Positions 17,137-26,065 of a stretch of DNA of 64,000 bases are shown one piece after another. Made by a program: the position numbers and the translations under genes. How positions within the stretch are numbered: position 1 is the first letter of the stretch; every line of letters begins with the position of its first letter. The notes under the pieces were generated by a model. The model was not told the DNA's origin. It made no database searches and saw only the letters and a list, made by a program, of their open reading frames with translations. This stretch comes from Dehalococcoidia bacterium. GTDB lineage: Bacteria; Chloroflexota; Dehalococcoidia; Bin125. The stretch covers positions 1,551,685 through 1,615,684 of the forward strand of contig CBDCDO010000002.1 of assembly GCA_965215375.1 (NCBI GenBank). Direction: 5' to 3'.

Positions 17137-18126
17137 TTAGTTCCCGCGAGCTCCCGCGGCGACGGCTGCGCGATTTTCGTGGCTCGTGTGCGGCGGAATC
17201 GAGCAGCCACCCGTGACGAACACCCTGGAGTTCCCCACGCTGGCCGCCTCAGCCGCTTGACTGCGAACGTGATCCGCTCCGAGTTCGCCCAGCCCGCTCC
17301 GACTGACTCCGCCCATGACGGCTTTGTCGGTCTGCGACCACACGTCGGACAGACTGGCATTGGTCGGGTTGCGGTCATCCCAGTTGAAGGCGTGGACCGG
17401 ATAGTCGAGCACATCCGCGAGCATGTTGTTGGTATGGCAGACGTGGAGGATGTTGAACTCCGCGTCGCGGATCGCGTCCAAGACTTGCAGGTCGTAGGGG
17501 CGACCGAACTCGCGGTAGAAGTCGGGGGTGGCGTTGTCGTTGCTGGCCCACTGAAGCGGAGCGTAGAACACTCCGGACGCACCGGCCGACATGTTGGCGC
17601 GACTGTACTTGATAGTCGTCTCGGTCACCCGAGCGATGGCCGAATGGACCGCCGCCGGTGCTTCGCGTGTCGCCTGCTTGAACGCTCGCGGATGACCGAA
17701 CATCAGCCCCACCGTGGCCATCGGCGAGAACACGGTTTGGACCACGTCGACATCGCCACCGGTGCGCTCGACCACGAGTCGGGTTGACTCAATGTGCTCG
17801 CCGAGCACGCCGCGCTCCGCGTGCACCGAGACGACCTCGTGCAACTCGTCTAACTCGTCGAGCGCTGCGCTTACCATCGTGGGATTCGACTGATCGCTGG
17901 GCGGCGAGTACACGGCGCCCCATGCTTCGGGAAACATCGACCATCGGGGATTGATCTTGATGAAGTCCCAGTCGTAGGCCTCATACTGTTCGCAGGTTGC
18001 GCCGACGAGCTCGTCGTTGCTCCATTCCCGCAGGAAGTCGTGGCCCCACAGTGATGCCGGCGCACGATCGACCGGTTCACCGCTGATCGCTGCTCGGACG
18101 CGCTCGCGCTTGGTCATCTCAGGCAT
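17137..18126 (-). CDS. uroporphyrinogen decarboxylase (URO-D) family protein (MtaA/CmuA-like methyltransferase-type)
   Basis: URO-D fold motifs (…FSPMATVGLMFG…, C-terminal region); it lacks the HemE N-terminal PVWLMRQAGR motif. The ORF-track 5' extension (to 18351) overlaps the upstream gene. The start is at the ATG at 18126 or 18117. Confidence 0.7.
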   Translation of the reverse strand: MPEMTKRERVRAAISGEPVDRAPASLWGHDFLREWSNDELVGATCEQYEAYDWDFIKINPRWSMFPEAWGAVYSPPSDQSNPTMVSAALDELDELHEVVSVHAERGVLGEHIESTRLVVERTGGDVDVVQTVFSPMATVGLMFGHPRAFKQATREAPAAVHSAIARVTETTIKYSRANMSAGASGVFYAPLQWASNDNATPDFYREFGRPYDLQVLDAIRDAEFNILHVCHTNNMLADVLDYPVHAFNWDDRNPTNASLSDVWSQTDKAVMGGVSRSGLGELGADHVRSQAAEAASVGNSRVFVTGGCSIPPHTSHENRAAVAAGARGN

Positions 18127-19540
18127 CGGTCGACTCCGTTTCTCGGGCGGATGGTTTGGAACTGTGCCAATCGATACTGAACAGGCGCACTTCCTCACGG
18201 AATCCGCGCAATTGGTGTGATCCGAGGTCATCGAATCGGTAGCGACGTCCCTGCACCAGTCCGTGAACCAGGTCCGACACAATGATCTGCCCACCTTGCG
18301 CCTTCGACATGATTCTGGCCGCCTGGTTGACGGTGGCGCCGTAGAGGTCATCGAGCTCGGCGATCGGCTCGCCGGCGCTGATCCCGATGCGCAAGCGAAT
18401 ATCGCGATGCCGCTCGCTGCGGGTCATCTGATGCTGAATGTCGATCGCGGTATCGACCGCCTCTGAGGCTGCGCCGAACCAGGCAAGCACGCCGTCTCCC
18501 ATGCGCTTGACGAGCACACCGCCGTGCTTACGCACCGCTAGCTGCGTTGCTTGCTCAATCTCTCGAGTGATCTCGCGAGCCTGCGCATCGCCGAGCTGAT
18601 CGACGAGTGCGGTGGAATCCTCGATGTCGGTGAAGAGCACCGTCCGCGTTGCTGTGCCTGAGGTGTGCTCCGTGAATCTGACATCGATGAATTCTTCCAA
18701 CGATTCAGCCAGTTCACAGATCGCGCTGGAATTGTTGTCCAGCAATGAGCTGCTGTCGCGACCGACGACGAGTCGGGCGCCGGGAATCGCCCTCGCCCAT
18801 TCGTGACCAAACAGTGTGTGATTTTCTGGTGATTCCTCAGGTTCGGGCTCTGTGTACACCAGTGTGGGTACTTCGAGCCCGCGGACCTCGCTCCGAAAGT
18901 TGAGGCTGCGAATCTCGGGGATCAGGCCGACCAGTCGGCTGAGCGATGGATAGTGATGCATCAGCTCGGCGAGCTTACGGATCGTATCCGCGTCGGTCAA
19001 TGGTGCGGTCATCATTAGCAAGGCGCGACGCGCGATTTCCTCGTGATGGATCCAACCCAGTTTGAGCAGATTCTCGATCGTCGCTTCCCAAAGCTGGCTC
19101 TGTTCAGACGTGGGCGTCGGAGTGATGGCGTGTCCGGACGGAACGCCGACTGATGGCACTGGCGCGTGCAGCACGAAGTGGGTGAACCGCTCCGGCTCGT
19201 TGAGCAGCGCAATCACCGCGGCCGGTGTGCCGATGAAGTAGCCCATGAGCGCCACTCGTGGCTCGCCCAGCTCATTGATCACGGCGGCCAAGTCGCTCGC
19301 TTCGTCATGAAACGAGCCGAAGACGCCGTCCTTCTGGGAATATCCGCAACCGCGCGGGTCAAATCGAATCACGCGGAACGACTGTGAGAGTCGATCCCAG
19401 ACACCACCCGGCTCCCAACCGAAACTGAGCGGCAGCATCGGACCGGTCGAGACCACCAACGGTGGACCGTGACCGCGCTCCGCCCACGCGATCGCGATGT
19501 CGTCGTCGGTGTGCGTGTACTTGACTGTGGGCGCGTTCAT
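18119..19540 (-). CDS. alpha/beta-hydrolase domain fused to class III adenylate/guanylate cyclase domain (LipJ/Rv1900c-like architecture)
   Basis: The N-terminal ~270 aa are an alpha/beta hydrolase fold (…LMGYFIGTPAA…). The C-terminal domain has TVLFTDIEDSTAL…KRMGDGVLAWF…GISAGEPI… cyclase catalytic motifs. Confidence 0.8.
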   Translation of the reverse strand: MNAPTVKYTHTDDDIAIAWAERGHGPPLVVSTGPMLPLSFGWEPGGVWDRLSQSFRVIRFDPRGCGYSQKDGVFGSFHDEASDLAAVINELGEPRVALMGYFIGTPAAVIALLNEPERFTHFVLHAPVPSVGVPSGHAITPTPTSEQSQLWEATIENLLKLGWIHHEEIARRALLMMTAPLTDADTIRKLAELMHHYPSLSRLVGLIPEIRSLNFRSEVRGLEVPTLVYTEPEPEESPENHTLFGHEWARAIPGARLVVGRDSSSLLDNNSSAICELAESLEEFIDVRFTEHTSGTATRTVLFTDIEDSTALVDQLGDAQAREITREIEQATQLAVRKHGGVLVKRMGDGVLAWFGAASEAVDTAIDIQHQMTRSERHRDIRLRIGISAGEPIAELDDLYGATVNQAARIMSKAQGGQIIVSDLVHGLVQGRRYRFDDLGSHQLRGFREEVRLFSIDWHSSKPSARETESTDA

Positions 19541-19564
19541 GCTGAAAGAACCAAGAGTCTACGA

Positions 19565-20314
19565 CTAGAGCCCTTGAGTCATGCCTCCATCGATGATGAA
19601 CTCGACTCCGTTCATGTATTCGGAGTCATCCGAGGCGAGGAACAGCGCCAGATTGGCCACTTCCTCGGCCTCCGCAATTCGGCCGTAGGGAATCCTGCGT
19701 ACTAGTTGGTCGGTCAAGCCTTGTTCGACCGCTGGGAGTTGATGCAGCATCGGCGTTTCGATCAGGCCTGGGTGGATCGAGTTGACCCGAACCCCCGATG
19801 GCGCGAACTCGCTCATCGCGACCTTGGTCATCCCGCGCACGGCCCACTTCGATGCGGAGTACGCCAGCGATCCGGCGCCGCCACGCATCCCGGCGATCGA
19901 TGAGATGTTGATGATCGAGCCCGATCCGGCCGCGCACATCACAGGACCGACATGTTTCAGGCCGAGGAACACGCCGACCTGATTGATATCGATCACCTGC
20001 ATGTACTCGTCGACCGAGAGTTCGGCGATCGGCTTCGTGCGGAAGATGCCTGCGTTGTTGATCAGCGCGTCGATCTTGCCGTAATCCTCGAGCACGTCTT
20101 GCACGACGGCGATCCATTGATCCTCGTCGGTGACGTCGTGGTGGAGGTAGCGAATTCGGTCGCTGGCGTTTGCGGTCGCCGATCCGTCTGTGTCGAGCAC
20201 GTCGGTGATCACGACGGTCGCGCCTTCGTTCGCGAAGAGCTGGGCTTCGGCGGCGCCTTGTCCGCGAGCTCCGCCAGTGATCAGTGCGGTCTTGCCATCG
20301 AGTCGTCCGGCCAT
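19565..20314 (-). CDS. short-chain dehydrogenase/reductase (SDR)
   Basis: MAGRLDGKTALITGGARGQGAA…, NNAGI, YSASKWAV. The ORF-track extension to 20461 is upstream read-through; the start is the ATG at 20314. Confidence 0.8.
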   Translation of the reverse strand: MAGRLDGKTALITGGARGQGAAEAQLFANEGATVVITDVLDTDGSATANASDRIRYLHHDVTDEDQWIAVVQDVLEDYGKIDALINNAGIFRTKPIAELSVDEYMQVIDINQVGVFLGLKHVGPVMCAAGSGSIINISSIAGMRGGAGSLAYSASKWAVRGMTKVAMSEFAPSGVRVNSIHPGLIETPMLHQLPAVEQGLTDQLVRRIPYGRIAEAEEVANLALFLASDDSEYMNGVEFIIDGGMTQGL

Positions 20315-20387
20315 ATGCGCATGCCTTTCGGTAGGAGTTTCGAGGGATAGGGTAATGCCTTTGACATTCCCTTTGGCACTCCTCTGC

Positions 20388-20816
20388 TCACTCCGGGGGC
20401 AAGACCACGTAGGTCCCGTTCCCGTGACCAATGTGTCGGTCCTGCTTGTCGTAGAGGTCAACCGCGCAGTGACTGAGGGTGCGTCCGCGGCGGAGCACCT
20501 CAGCCCGAGCGCGAATCACATCGCCGTCGAGCCCTCGCAGCCAACGAAACTCAGACTGGGCGGTGATTACGCGTTCGCCCTCTGCTTGGATCGTGCCCAG
20601 CGCACCGCCCATCGCGGAGTCGGCGACCAACAGCCAGACGCCACCATGCACGATTCCGTAGAGGTTGTGGGTCTTCGGCGAGGCGGTCAGCGTGATCTCG
20701 CACCAGCCGTCACCGGCATCGGTGAAGCGGTAGCCGAGTTCCTGGAAGAGCGCGACGGCCTCCATGTCGCGAAGCGCTGGATACCGCTCCAGGATGTCTG
20801 AAGGCATCGTGTTCAA
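20388..20816 (-). CDS. PaaI/4HBT-type hot-dog fold thioesterase
   Basis: …NLYGIVHGGVWLLVADSAMGGA… is the PaaI family signature. Confidence 0.75.
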   Translation of the reverse strand: MNTMPSDILERYPALRDMEAVALFQELGYRFTDAGDGWCEITLTASPKTHNLYGIVHGGVWLLVADSAMGGALGTIQAEGERVITAQSEFRWLRGLDGDVIRARAEVLRRGRTLSHCAVDLYDKQDRHIGHGNGTYVVLPPE

Positions 20817-20846
20817 CCGCCCACCAGAAAGCCGAGTGGTGCTTCG

Positions 20847-21320
20847 CTATCTCAGCGCCGATCGGATTTCCGCTTCGTGCTCTTCGAAGTGTTCGGTCAT
20901 GTGATGGAAGGACTCGGCGGGTGTGGTCAGCTCGCCGAAGATCTTGGCCTGCTGCGACCACTCGGACTCCTGCATCGCGTCGAGCGCGGCGAGCGCCTTC
21001 GCGTGACCCTCGTCATAGAGCGCGAGCAACGACTCCTTGGTCGCACCGCGACTGCGACGTCGGATCATCAGCATCGCTACCAAGTTGAGCGGACCCATGA
21101 GCGGGCCGGGTGGGCTCATGCCTTTGCCCTGTCGCAGCCGGTTGAGGCCATTGCTCATGAAGGTCATCCCGAGCGCCGTGTGATAGGCCAGCTGGCGGAC
21201 GTTCCAGCTCTGATTGGGCGGCTTGCGATCCCAGTCATCCTCCGACAGGCTCAATAGCAGGGCGCGATAATTCTCTCGCGTCTGATTGAGTTCAGCGCGG
21301 ATCGCTTCGGTATCTGGCAT
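20847..21320 (-). CDS. DinB/YfiT-like (DinB_2) four-helix metal-dependent protein
   Basis: …WNVRQLAYHTA…; HEEHEAEI at the C-terminus; paralog of the next gene. Confidence 0.6.
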   Translation of the reverse strand: MPDTEAIRAELNQTRENYRALLLSLSEDDWDRKPPNQSWNVRQLAYHTALGMTFMSNGLNRLRQGKGMSPPGPLMGPLNLVAMLMIRRRSRGATKESLLALYDEGHAKALAALDAMQESEWSQQAKIFGELTTPAESFHHMTEHFEEHEAEIRSALR

Positions 21321-21409
21321 AGTCTCGTACCTGTCTCAAACGTCTCGGTCGTGGGGGAATACTACTACCTGGCGCATGAGCTGGTTCGGAGACTGACTGT
21401 GTCGGCGAC

Positions 21410-21886
21410 CTATCCGCGGCGCAACTCGGTCGCGTGGTCCTTCACGTGCTCTCCGAGGAAGCGGAACGATTTGCCAACGGTCATCGGTTCGCCCAGGAAG
21501 ACGGCGCCGTTGCCCCACTCATCGTCGCCGACCGTATCGATCACTCCCTGTGTGATCGCGAAGCCCTCGTCGAAGAGGGCGAGCACTGATTGCGGCGTCG
21601 CACCCCGTGATCGGATGCGGACGAGCCAGAGACTGAACAGATTCAAGACACCCATCAGCGGAGCGGGTGGGTTCATGCCCTTGTGCTGGCGGAGCCGCGA
21701 GACACGGATGGTGCCGCCCCTCGCTGTGAAGGCGATGTGCCAACAGAGCTGACCGTTGGTCCAGCCGCCGTTGTTGCTCTTGCGGCTCCACTCGTCCTCG
21801 GACATGCCCAGGATTAACTCGCGGAACTCCTCTCGCGCCTGTTCCAGCTCGGCGCGTGCCTCTTCAGCGTTGGTGATGTCTGACAT
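21410..21886 (-). CDS. DinB/YfiT-like (DinB_2) protein, tandem paralog
   Basis: …WTNGQLCWHIA…GEHVKDHATEL… The two copies share an identical R(I)RSRGAT segment. Confidence 0.6.
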   Translation of the reverse strand: MSDITNAEEARAELEQAREEFRELILGMSEDEWSRKSNNGGWTNGQLCWHIAFTARGGTIRVSRLRQHKGMNPPAPLMGVLNLFSLWLVRIRSRGATPQSVLALFDEGFAITQGVIDTVGDDEWGNGAVFLGEPMTVGKSFRFLGEHVKDHATELRRG

Positions 21887-21901
21887 CGCAGACGTTCCTG
21901 A

Positions 21902-22792
21902 CTAAATCCCCGAGTACCATTCGCGGATCGCTTCGCCGATCTCGTGCGGCGAGTCCTCCTGAACGAAGTGATTGCCGGCCACGGTGACTTCGGTCTGGTT
22001 GGGCCAACTGCGACAGAACTCGCGCTGCGCGCCTTGCAGAATCGCGCCCGGCTCGGCGTTGACGAACAGCTTGGCGATGTGGGCCGAGTCATCCGATGCG
22101 AGGAAATCGGCATAGCTTTGCGCAAACTCAACCACGTCCGCGGGCTCGCCGCTGATCGGGATTTCGCGCGGCCAGGTCAGGGTCGGTCGGCGCGATTCAC
22201 CCTCTTCGCGGTACGGCTGTCGGTACACTTCCATCTCTTCCTCGGTCAGGCCACGGAGGACACTGCCGGGAAGGACGCGCTCGACGAAGACGTTCTTCTC
22301 GAGCACCATCGACTCGCCCGCCTCTGATCGGAAGCCCTGGAACACGCGAGCCGCCGCTTCAGGCCATTCGTCCCAAGTCACGGGGCGGACAATGGCCTCC
22401 ATGTAGACGATTCCCTTGACGCGGTCGCGATGCCGATTGGCCCAGTGGAAGCCCAGCGCCGAGCCCCAGTCGTGGATCACGAATGTCAGATTGTCGCCGA
22501 GGTCCATGCCCTCAATCCAGGCGTCGAGCCAACCGGCGTGGTCGACGAAGCGATACGAGCCGCTCGGCGATGAGCCTGAGACGCCCATCCCGATCAGGTC
22601 GGGGGCCAGGCAGCGCGCCGATTCAAACATGTGCGGCATGATGTTGCGCCACAGATATGACGATGTCGGATTGCCGTGCAGGAAGAGGATCGGGTCGCCA
22701 TCGGGGTTGCCCTCGTCGACGTAAGCCATGGTGGTTTCGCCAATGGTCAGGCGCTTGCGAGGGAAGGTGTCTTCGGCGGAAATCTCAGGCAT
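21902..22792 (-). CDS. haloalkane dehalogenase (DhaA/LinB-type, alpha/beta hydrolase)
   Basis: [18 protein letters not shown] is a hallmark motif; the nucleophile elbow is VIHDWGS. The 296-aa length fits. Confidence 0.85.
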   Translation of the reverse strand: MPEISAEDTFPRKRLTIGETTMAYVDEGNPDGDPILFLHGNPTSSYLWRNIMPHMFESARCLAPDLIGMGVSGSSPSGSYRFVDHAGWLDAWIEGMDLGDNLTFVIHDWGSALGFHWANRHRDRVKGIVYMEAIVRPVTWDEWPEAAARVFQGFRSEAGESMVLEKNVFVERVLPGSVLRGLTEEEMEVYRQPYREEGESRRPTLTWPREIPISGEPADVVEFAQSYADFLASDDSAHIAKLFVNAEPGAILQGAQREFCRSWPNQTEVTVAGNHFVQEDSPHEIGEAIREWYSGI

Positions 22793-22864
22793 CGGGCAAC
22801 TCCTACAACACGTGAGGCATCAATTGTTCGCAGGCTATCAGCCATCGATCGATGGGACGGAGAG

Positions 22865-23029
22865 TCACTTGCAGATGTCTGCTGCGAGCTGATTCTTAAT
22901 CTCGCGATGCCTCGGCACGGGCTGCTCTTCTCTTGTTTGCCGATTCTGCCAAATCGAGTGTGAGCGGCCTTCTCGCTTGATCTCGCAGCCGTGACGCCGG
23001 AGATGGCGCAGCAACGCCCCGCGTTTCAC
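22865..23029 (-). CDS. hicA: HicA toxin (mRNA interferase), 54 aa; not in the supplied ORF track
   Basis: My own minus-strand translation gives VKRGALLRHLRRHGCEIKREGRSHSIWQNRQTREEQPVPRHREIKNQLAADICK*. The GSHxx…VPRHxEIK…L..I.KQ pattern matches E. coli HicA. A GTG start overlaps the upstream stop (GTGA). Confidence 0.7.
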   Translation of the reverse strand: MKRGALLRHLRRHGCEIKREGRSHSIWQNRQTREEQPVPRHREIKNQLAADICK

Positions 23030-23541
23030 TTCACGGTCACCATCAAGACTTCGGCATCAGGTCCCACATCGTCCAGATCGTCGGCGCGACTGTTGAGGAA
23101 CATCAAGTCAATCGAATCCGCCAAGTTTTCTAGCACTTCTTCGCGAGTGCGCCCCTGACCGTTGGCGCTGGGCACTTCCGGGCAGCGCGCGATTAACCAA
23201 TCGTCGGCAGGCTCAATGATTGCGGTGAATGTACCTCGAGGAGTCCGCTGGCCAGCCGCTGCGTCGGGCCGCTCGACGGTGACCGCTTGGCAAGCGCGGT
23301 CTGATTCGCTTCGCTTCACTGACACCGTTGCCTGCTTTGCGCCCGGCGGAAGGTCTGCGCGTAGGTGGTCGCGATAGTAGTCCAGCCACAGGTCGATGTT
23401 GATTGCCAGGTCGTCCAACGCCTCGGCTCGTGTTCGTCCAAATCCACCGGCAGACGGGACTTCCTCGCAGTATGCGCGGTATAGAGGTTCCTCAGGCCAC
23501 TCCTCGTCACGCATAACCCAAGCGGTGAAGGTTTGATGCAT
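23026..23541 (-). CDS. hicB: HicB-family antitoxin with two tandem HicB N-terminal (UPF0150) domains
   Basis: The two halves are internally repeated (FTAWVMRDEEWPEEPLYRAYCEEVPSAGGFGRTRAEALDDLAINIDLWL / FTAIIEPADDWLIARCPEVPSANGQGRTREEVLENLADSIDLMF). It is immediately upstream of hicA and coupled to it. Confidence 0.7.
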   Translation of the reverse strand: MHQTFTAWVMRDEEWPEEPLYRAYCEEVPSAGGFGRTRAEALDDLAINIDLWLDYYRDHLRADLPPGAKQATVSVKRSESDRACQAVTVERPDAAAGQRTPRGTFTAIIEPADDWLIARCPEVPSANGQGRTREEVLENLADSIDLMFLNSRADDLDDVGPDAEVLMVTVK

Positions 23542-23644
23542 GATCCTCTCCTCGACAGGTGAACATCTGTTGCGATAATCGTGTAGACACGTGCTCGATC
23601 CTCACGATTTAGCATAGGCACTGGAAGCAAGCGAGGAGGTCGGC

Positions 23645-24067
23645 ATGGCAGTGGTTGGTATGGATCATGTGGCGATTCCTGCGGGTGATCCTGAGGCGCT
23701 GATGGATTTCTATCGGACGCTGGGATTTGCGATCGTTCACGAGGCTGAATGGCGATCGGGTGACTTCCCGATGTTTGCGATTGCCTGCGGCGATCAGAAG
23801 ATCAACGTGCATGATCCGAAGCTCTGGCAGAATCCCAAATTCGATCTGCGCGGTCCAACTGCGGAGCCTGGCTGTGGCGATTTCTGCTTTGTCTGGGATG
23901 GGACGCCGGAGGCGGCCGCGGACGCGATTACGGCCACGGGAGCCGAAGTCATCGAAGGGCCGGCAGGACGCGTCGGTGGGCGCGCCGCTGGGACTGCTGA
24001 AGGCGTCAGCGTCTACACGCGCGATCCCGACGGCAATCTCGTGGAACTGATCGCCTACGGCGACTAG
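23645..24067 (+). CDS. VOC-family (glyoxalase/bleomycin-resistance/dioxygenase fold) protein
   Basis: MDHVAIPAGDPEALMDFYRTLGF…DPDGNLVELIAY is a typical VOC pattern. Confidence 0.7.
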   Translation: MAVVGMDHVAIPAGDPEALMDFYRTLGFAIVHEAEWRSGDFPMFAIACGDQKINVHDPKLWQNPKFDLRGPTAEPGCGDFCFVWDGTPEAAADAITATGAEVIEGPAGRVGGRAAGTAEGVSVYTRDPDGNLVELIAYGD

Positions 24068-24085
24068 CGAATCTGGAGTAGAGAT

Positions 24086-24745
24086 ATGGAATTCTTTGAA
24101 GTCATCCAATCCGCCCGCGCGATGCGGCGCTACAAACCCGACCCGATCCCCGAAGACGTGCTGCGACAACTGATCGAGGCCGCGCACCTCGGGCCGAGCG
24201 GATCAAATCGGCAGTCGAGGCACTGGGTCGTCGTTCGCGATCCTGAGGTCAAGCAGCAGCTCGCCGACCTCAACCGGGCCGGCGTCTCGATCTACCTCGA
24301 GAACAATCGAGATGGCGCCAATCCGCACGTTGACCAGGGGCGTCGCGAGCGTTTCCTGGCTGCCGTCGAGTACCAGATGAATCACTTGCACGAGGTTCCC
24401 GCGATCGTGATCGCCTGTGCTGACATGGTCCGCGCACCGCAGGGCACGTTTGGCGAAGGTGCAGCGGCTGCGACGGAGGTCTGGGGCTCAGTCCAGAACC
24501 TGCTGCTCGCGGCTCGCGCACTCGAGGTTGGCAGCGTCCCGACGACGCTCGCCTTCATCGGCGATGGTCGTGAGCAGGCGCAACAGGTCCTGAACCTGCC
24601 CGACCACATCCTGCCGATGGTCCTGATCCCGCTCGGCTGGCCGACAGGCAACTTCGGTCCGATTCGCCGACGCCCGCTGGACGAAGTTCTGCACTGGGAT
24701 CGCTACGAGCACAAGACAGAGTCAACCGACAGGGCGAAGGTATGA
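24086..24745 (+). CDS. nitroreductase-family protein
   Basis: …SARAMRRYKPDPIPEDVLRQLIEAAHLGPSGSNRQSRHWVVV… is the nitroreductase-fold signature. Confidence 0.8.
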   Translation: MEFFEVIQSARAMRRYKPDPIPEDVLRQLIEAAHLGPSGSNRQSRHWVVVRDPEVKQQLADLNRAGVSIYLENNRDGANPHVDQGRRERFLAAVEYQMNHLHEVPAIVIACADMVRAPQGTFGEGAAAATEVWGSVQNLLLAARALEVGSVPTTLAFIGDGREQAQQVLNLPDHILPMVLIPLGWPTGNFGPIRRRPLDEVLHWDRYEHKTESTDRAKV

Positions 24746-25629
24746 CGACCACAACCAGCACGAGCGAACTCCGCATGCCTGCGGACGTGGGCGGATTCAC
24801 CATCGCCAAGTCCTTTGAGGTCACGGCGCGGAGCATCACCGCCTTCGCCGGAGGTGTCGATGACTTCAATCCCGTCTACTTCGAGGACGACCGTCCGGAG
24901 GGGCTCATCGCGCATCCCGGCATGGTCTTCACCTGGCAGTGGAATAGCCGCTTCACGCCCGATCGAGATCTCGACCTCCAACTCGTGCGGCGCGGTGTCC
25001 AGTCCTGGTTGGATGTGAGATTCAATCGACCCATTCGCGAGGGCGACATCATCACCAGCCAGGGACAGAGCATCGCCGTGAAGCAGATTCGCCCCGGCGT
25101 GCTCAGCACCCAGCGCTTCACATTCCGGGACAGCGGCGGCGAGACGGTCGCGGTCATGGACAGTAGCGGCATCACGCGCGGCGCTGAGCTCGACGGCGAA
25201 GCTGCTGAACTCGAATCCGCGCCCCCAGTGCCGCAGCGTTCCTCCGATGCTGACGCGCCCGTCTGGACGACGACCCTGCCGGTCGATCCGCAAGCGCCAC
25301 ACGTCTACACCGAGTGCGCCGATATCTGGAATCCGATCCATACCGAGCGCAAAGTCGCGCTGGCCGCCGGGCTGCCCGACATCATCCTGCACGGCTCGGC
25401 CAGCCTCCTCATCGCGCTGCGCGAAGTGATCAACCGCAATCTCGGAGGAGACCCAACCCGGGTTACCAGGTTCGCCGGACAATTCCGAGGCATGGTCATC
25501 CCCGGCACCGACGTCACAGTCAACGCCTTAGAGGTGCGAGACGAGGGAGACCGAGAGGTCATCTTCTACGAGATGCTCAACGACCAGGGTGAGCCGGCGA
25601 TCACGAATGGCATCATCGTTGCGGGCTAG
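24742..25629 (+). CDS. MaoC-like double hot-dog (de)hydratase
   Basis: An N-terminal MaoC_N-like half and a C-terminal MaoC dehydratase half (…DIWNPIHTERKVALAAGLPDIILHGSASL…). ATGA overlap with the nitroreductase gene. Confidence 0.75.
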   Translation: MTTTTSTSELRMPADVGGFTIAKSFEVTARSITAFAGGVDDFNPVYFEDDRPEGLIAHPGMVFTWQWNSRFTPDRDLDLQLVRRGVQSWLDVRFNRPIREGDIITSQGQSIAVKQIRPGVLSTQRFTFRDSGGETVAVMDSSGITRGAELDGEAAELESAPPVPQRSSDADAPVWTTTLPVDPQAPHVYTECADIWNPIHTERKVALAAGLPDIILHGSASLLIALREVINRNLGGDPTRVTRFAGQFRGMVIPGTDVTVNALEVRDEGDREVIFYEMLNDQGEPAITNGIIVAG

Positions 25630-25632
25630 GGC

Positions 25633-26056
25633 CTGTTCACATGGTTGGTGAGAACCCATACATGGCGCACCCGGATTCCTTACTCCCCATTGCAGACCTG
25701 TGTACCCTTCGCCCGCTGTTCCACACTCCATGTGAACAGACCCTAGTCTGAGGCTCCAGTCCCCGCTTCACGGAGACCGTTGCAAAACCCCTCAACCGCC
25801 CCCGCCTCCGAGCGGGGGCCTGCTCCTTCCCTGGCTTCCTACCGGCGGCCACATTTGTGGCCGGTATCTGGTCAACCGGGTCCTATCCGAGCAGCATGGG
25901 CTTTGCCAAAGCGGGCCCCCGCTCGGGGGCGGGGACGGGAAACTGAGCTACTCAAAGGTCTCCTTCACGCGGGGACCCGCTCGGCAGGCAGAGAGTTTGT
26001 CGGCTGGACTCCTTGATACACACCGCAAGGAGCAGGTCCCCGCGTGAAGCGGGGAC
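25633..26056. repeat. large nested-palindrome element (C5/G5 hairpin family), bounded by ctgttcacatgg/ccatgtgaacag and gtccccgcttcac/gtgaagcggggac inverted repeats
   Basis: A 12-bp perfect IR at 25633-25644 / 25728-25739. A 13-bp IR at 25759-25771 / 26044-26056. An inner IR cgcccccgcctccgagcgggggcc (25795) / ggcccccgctcgggggcgggg (25912), and a central palindrome ggccacatttgtggcc (~25845). Confidence 0.6.
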
Positions 26057-26065
26057 TGAGATTTA

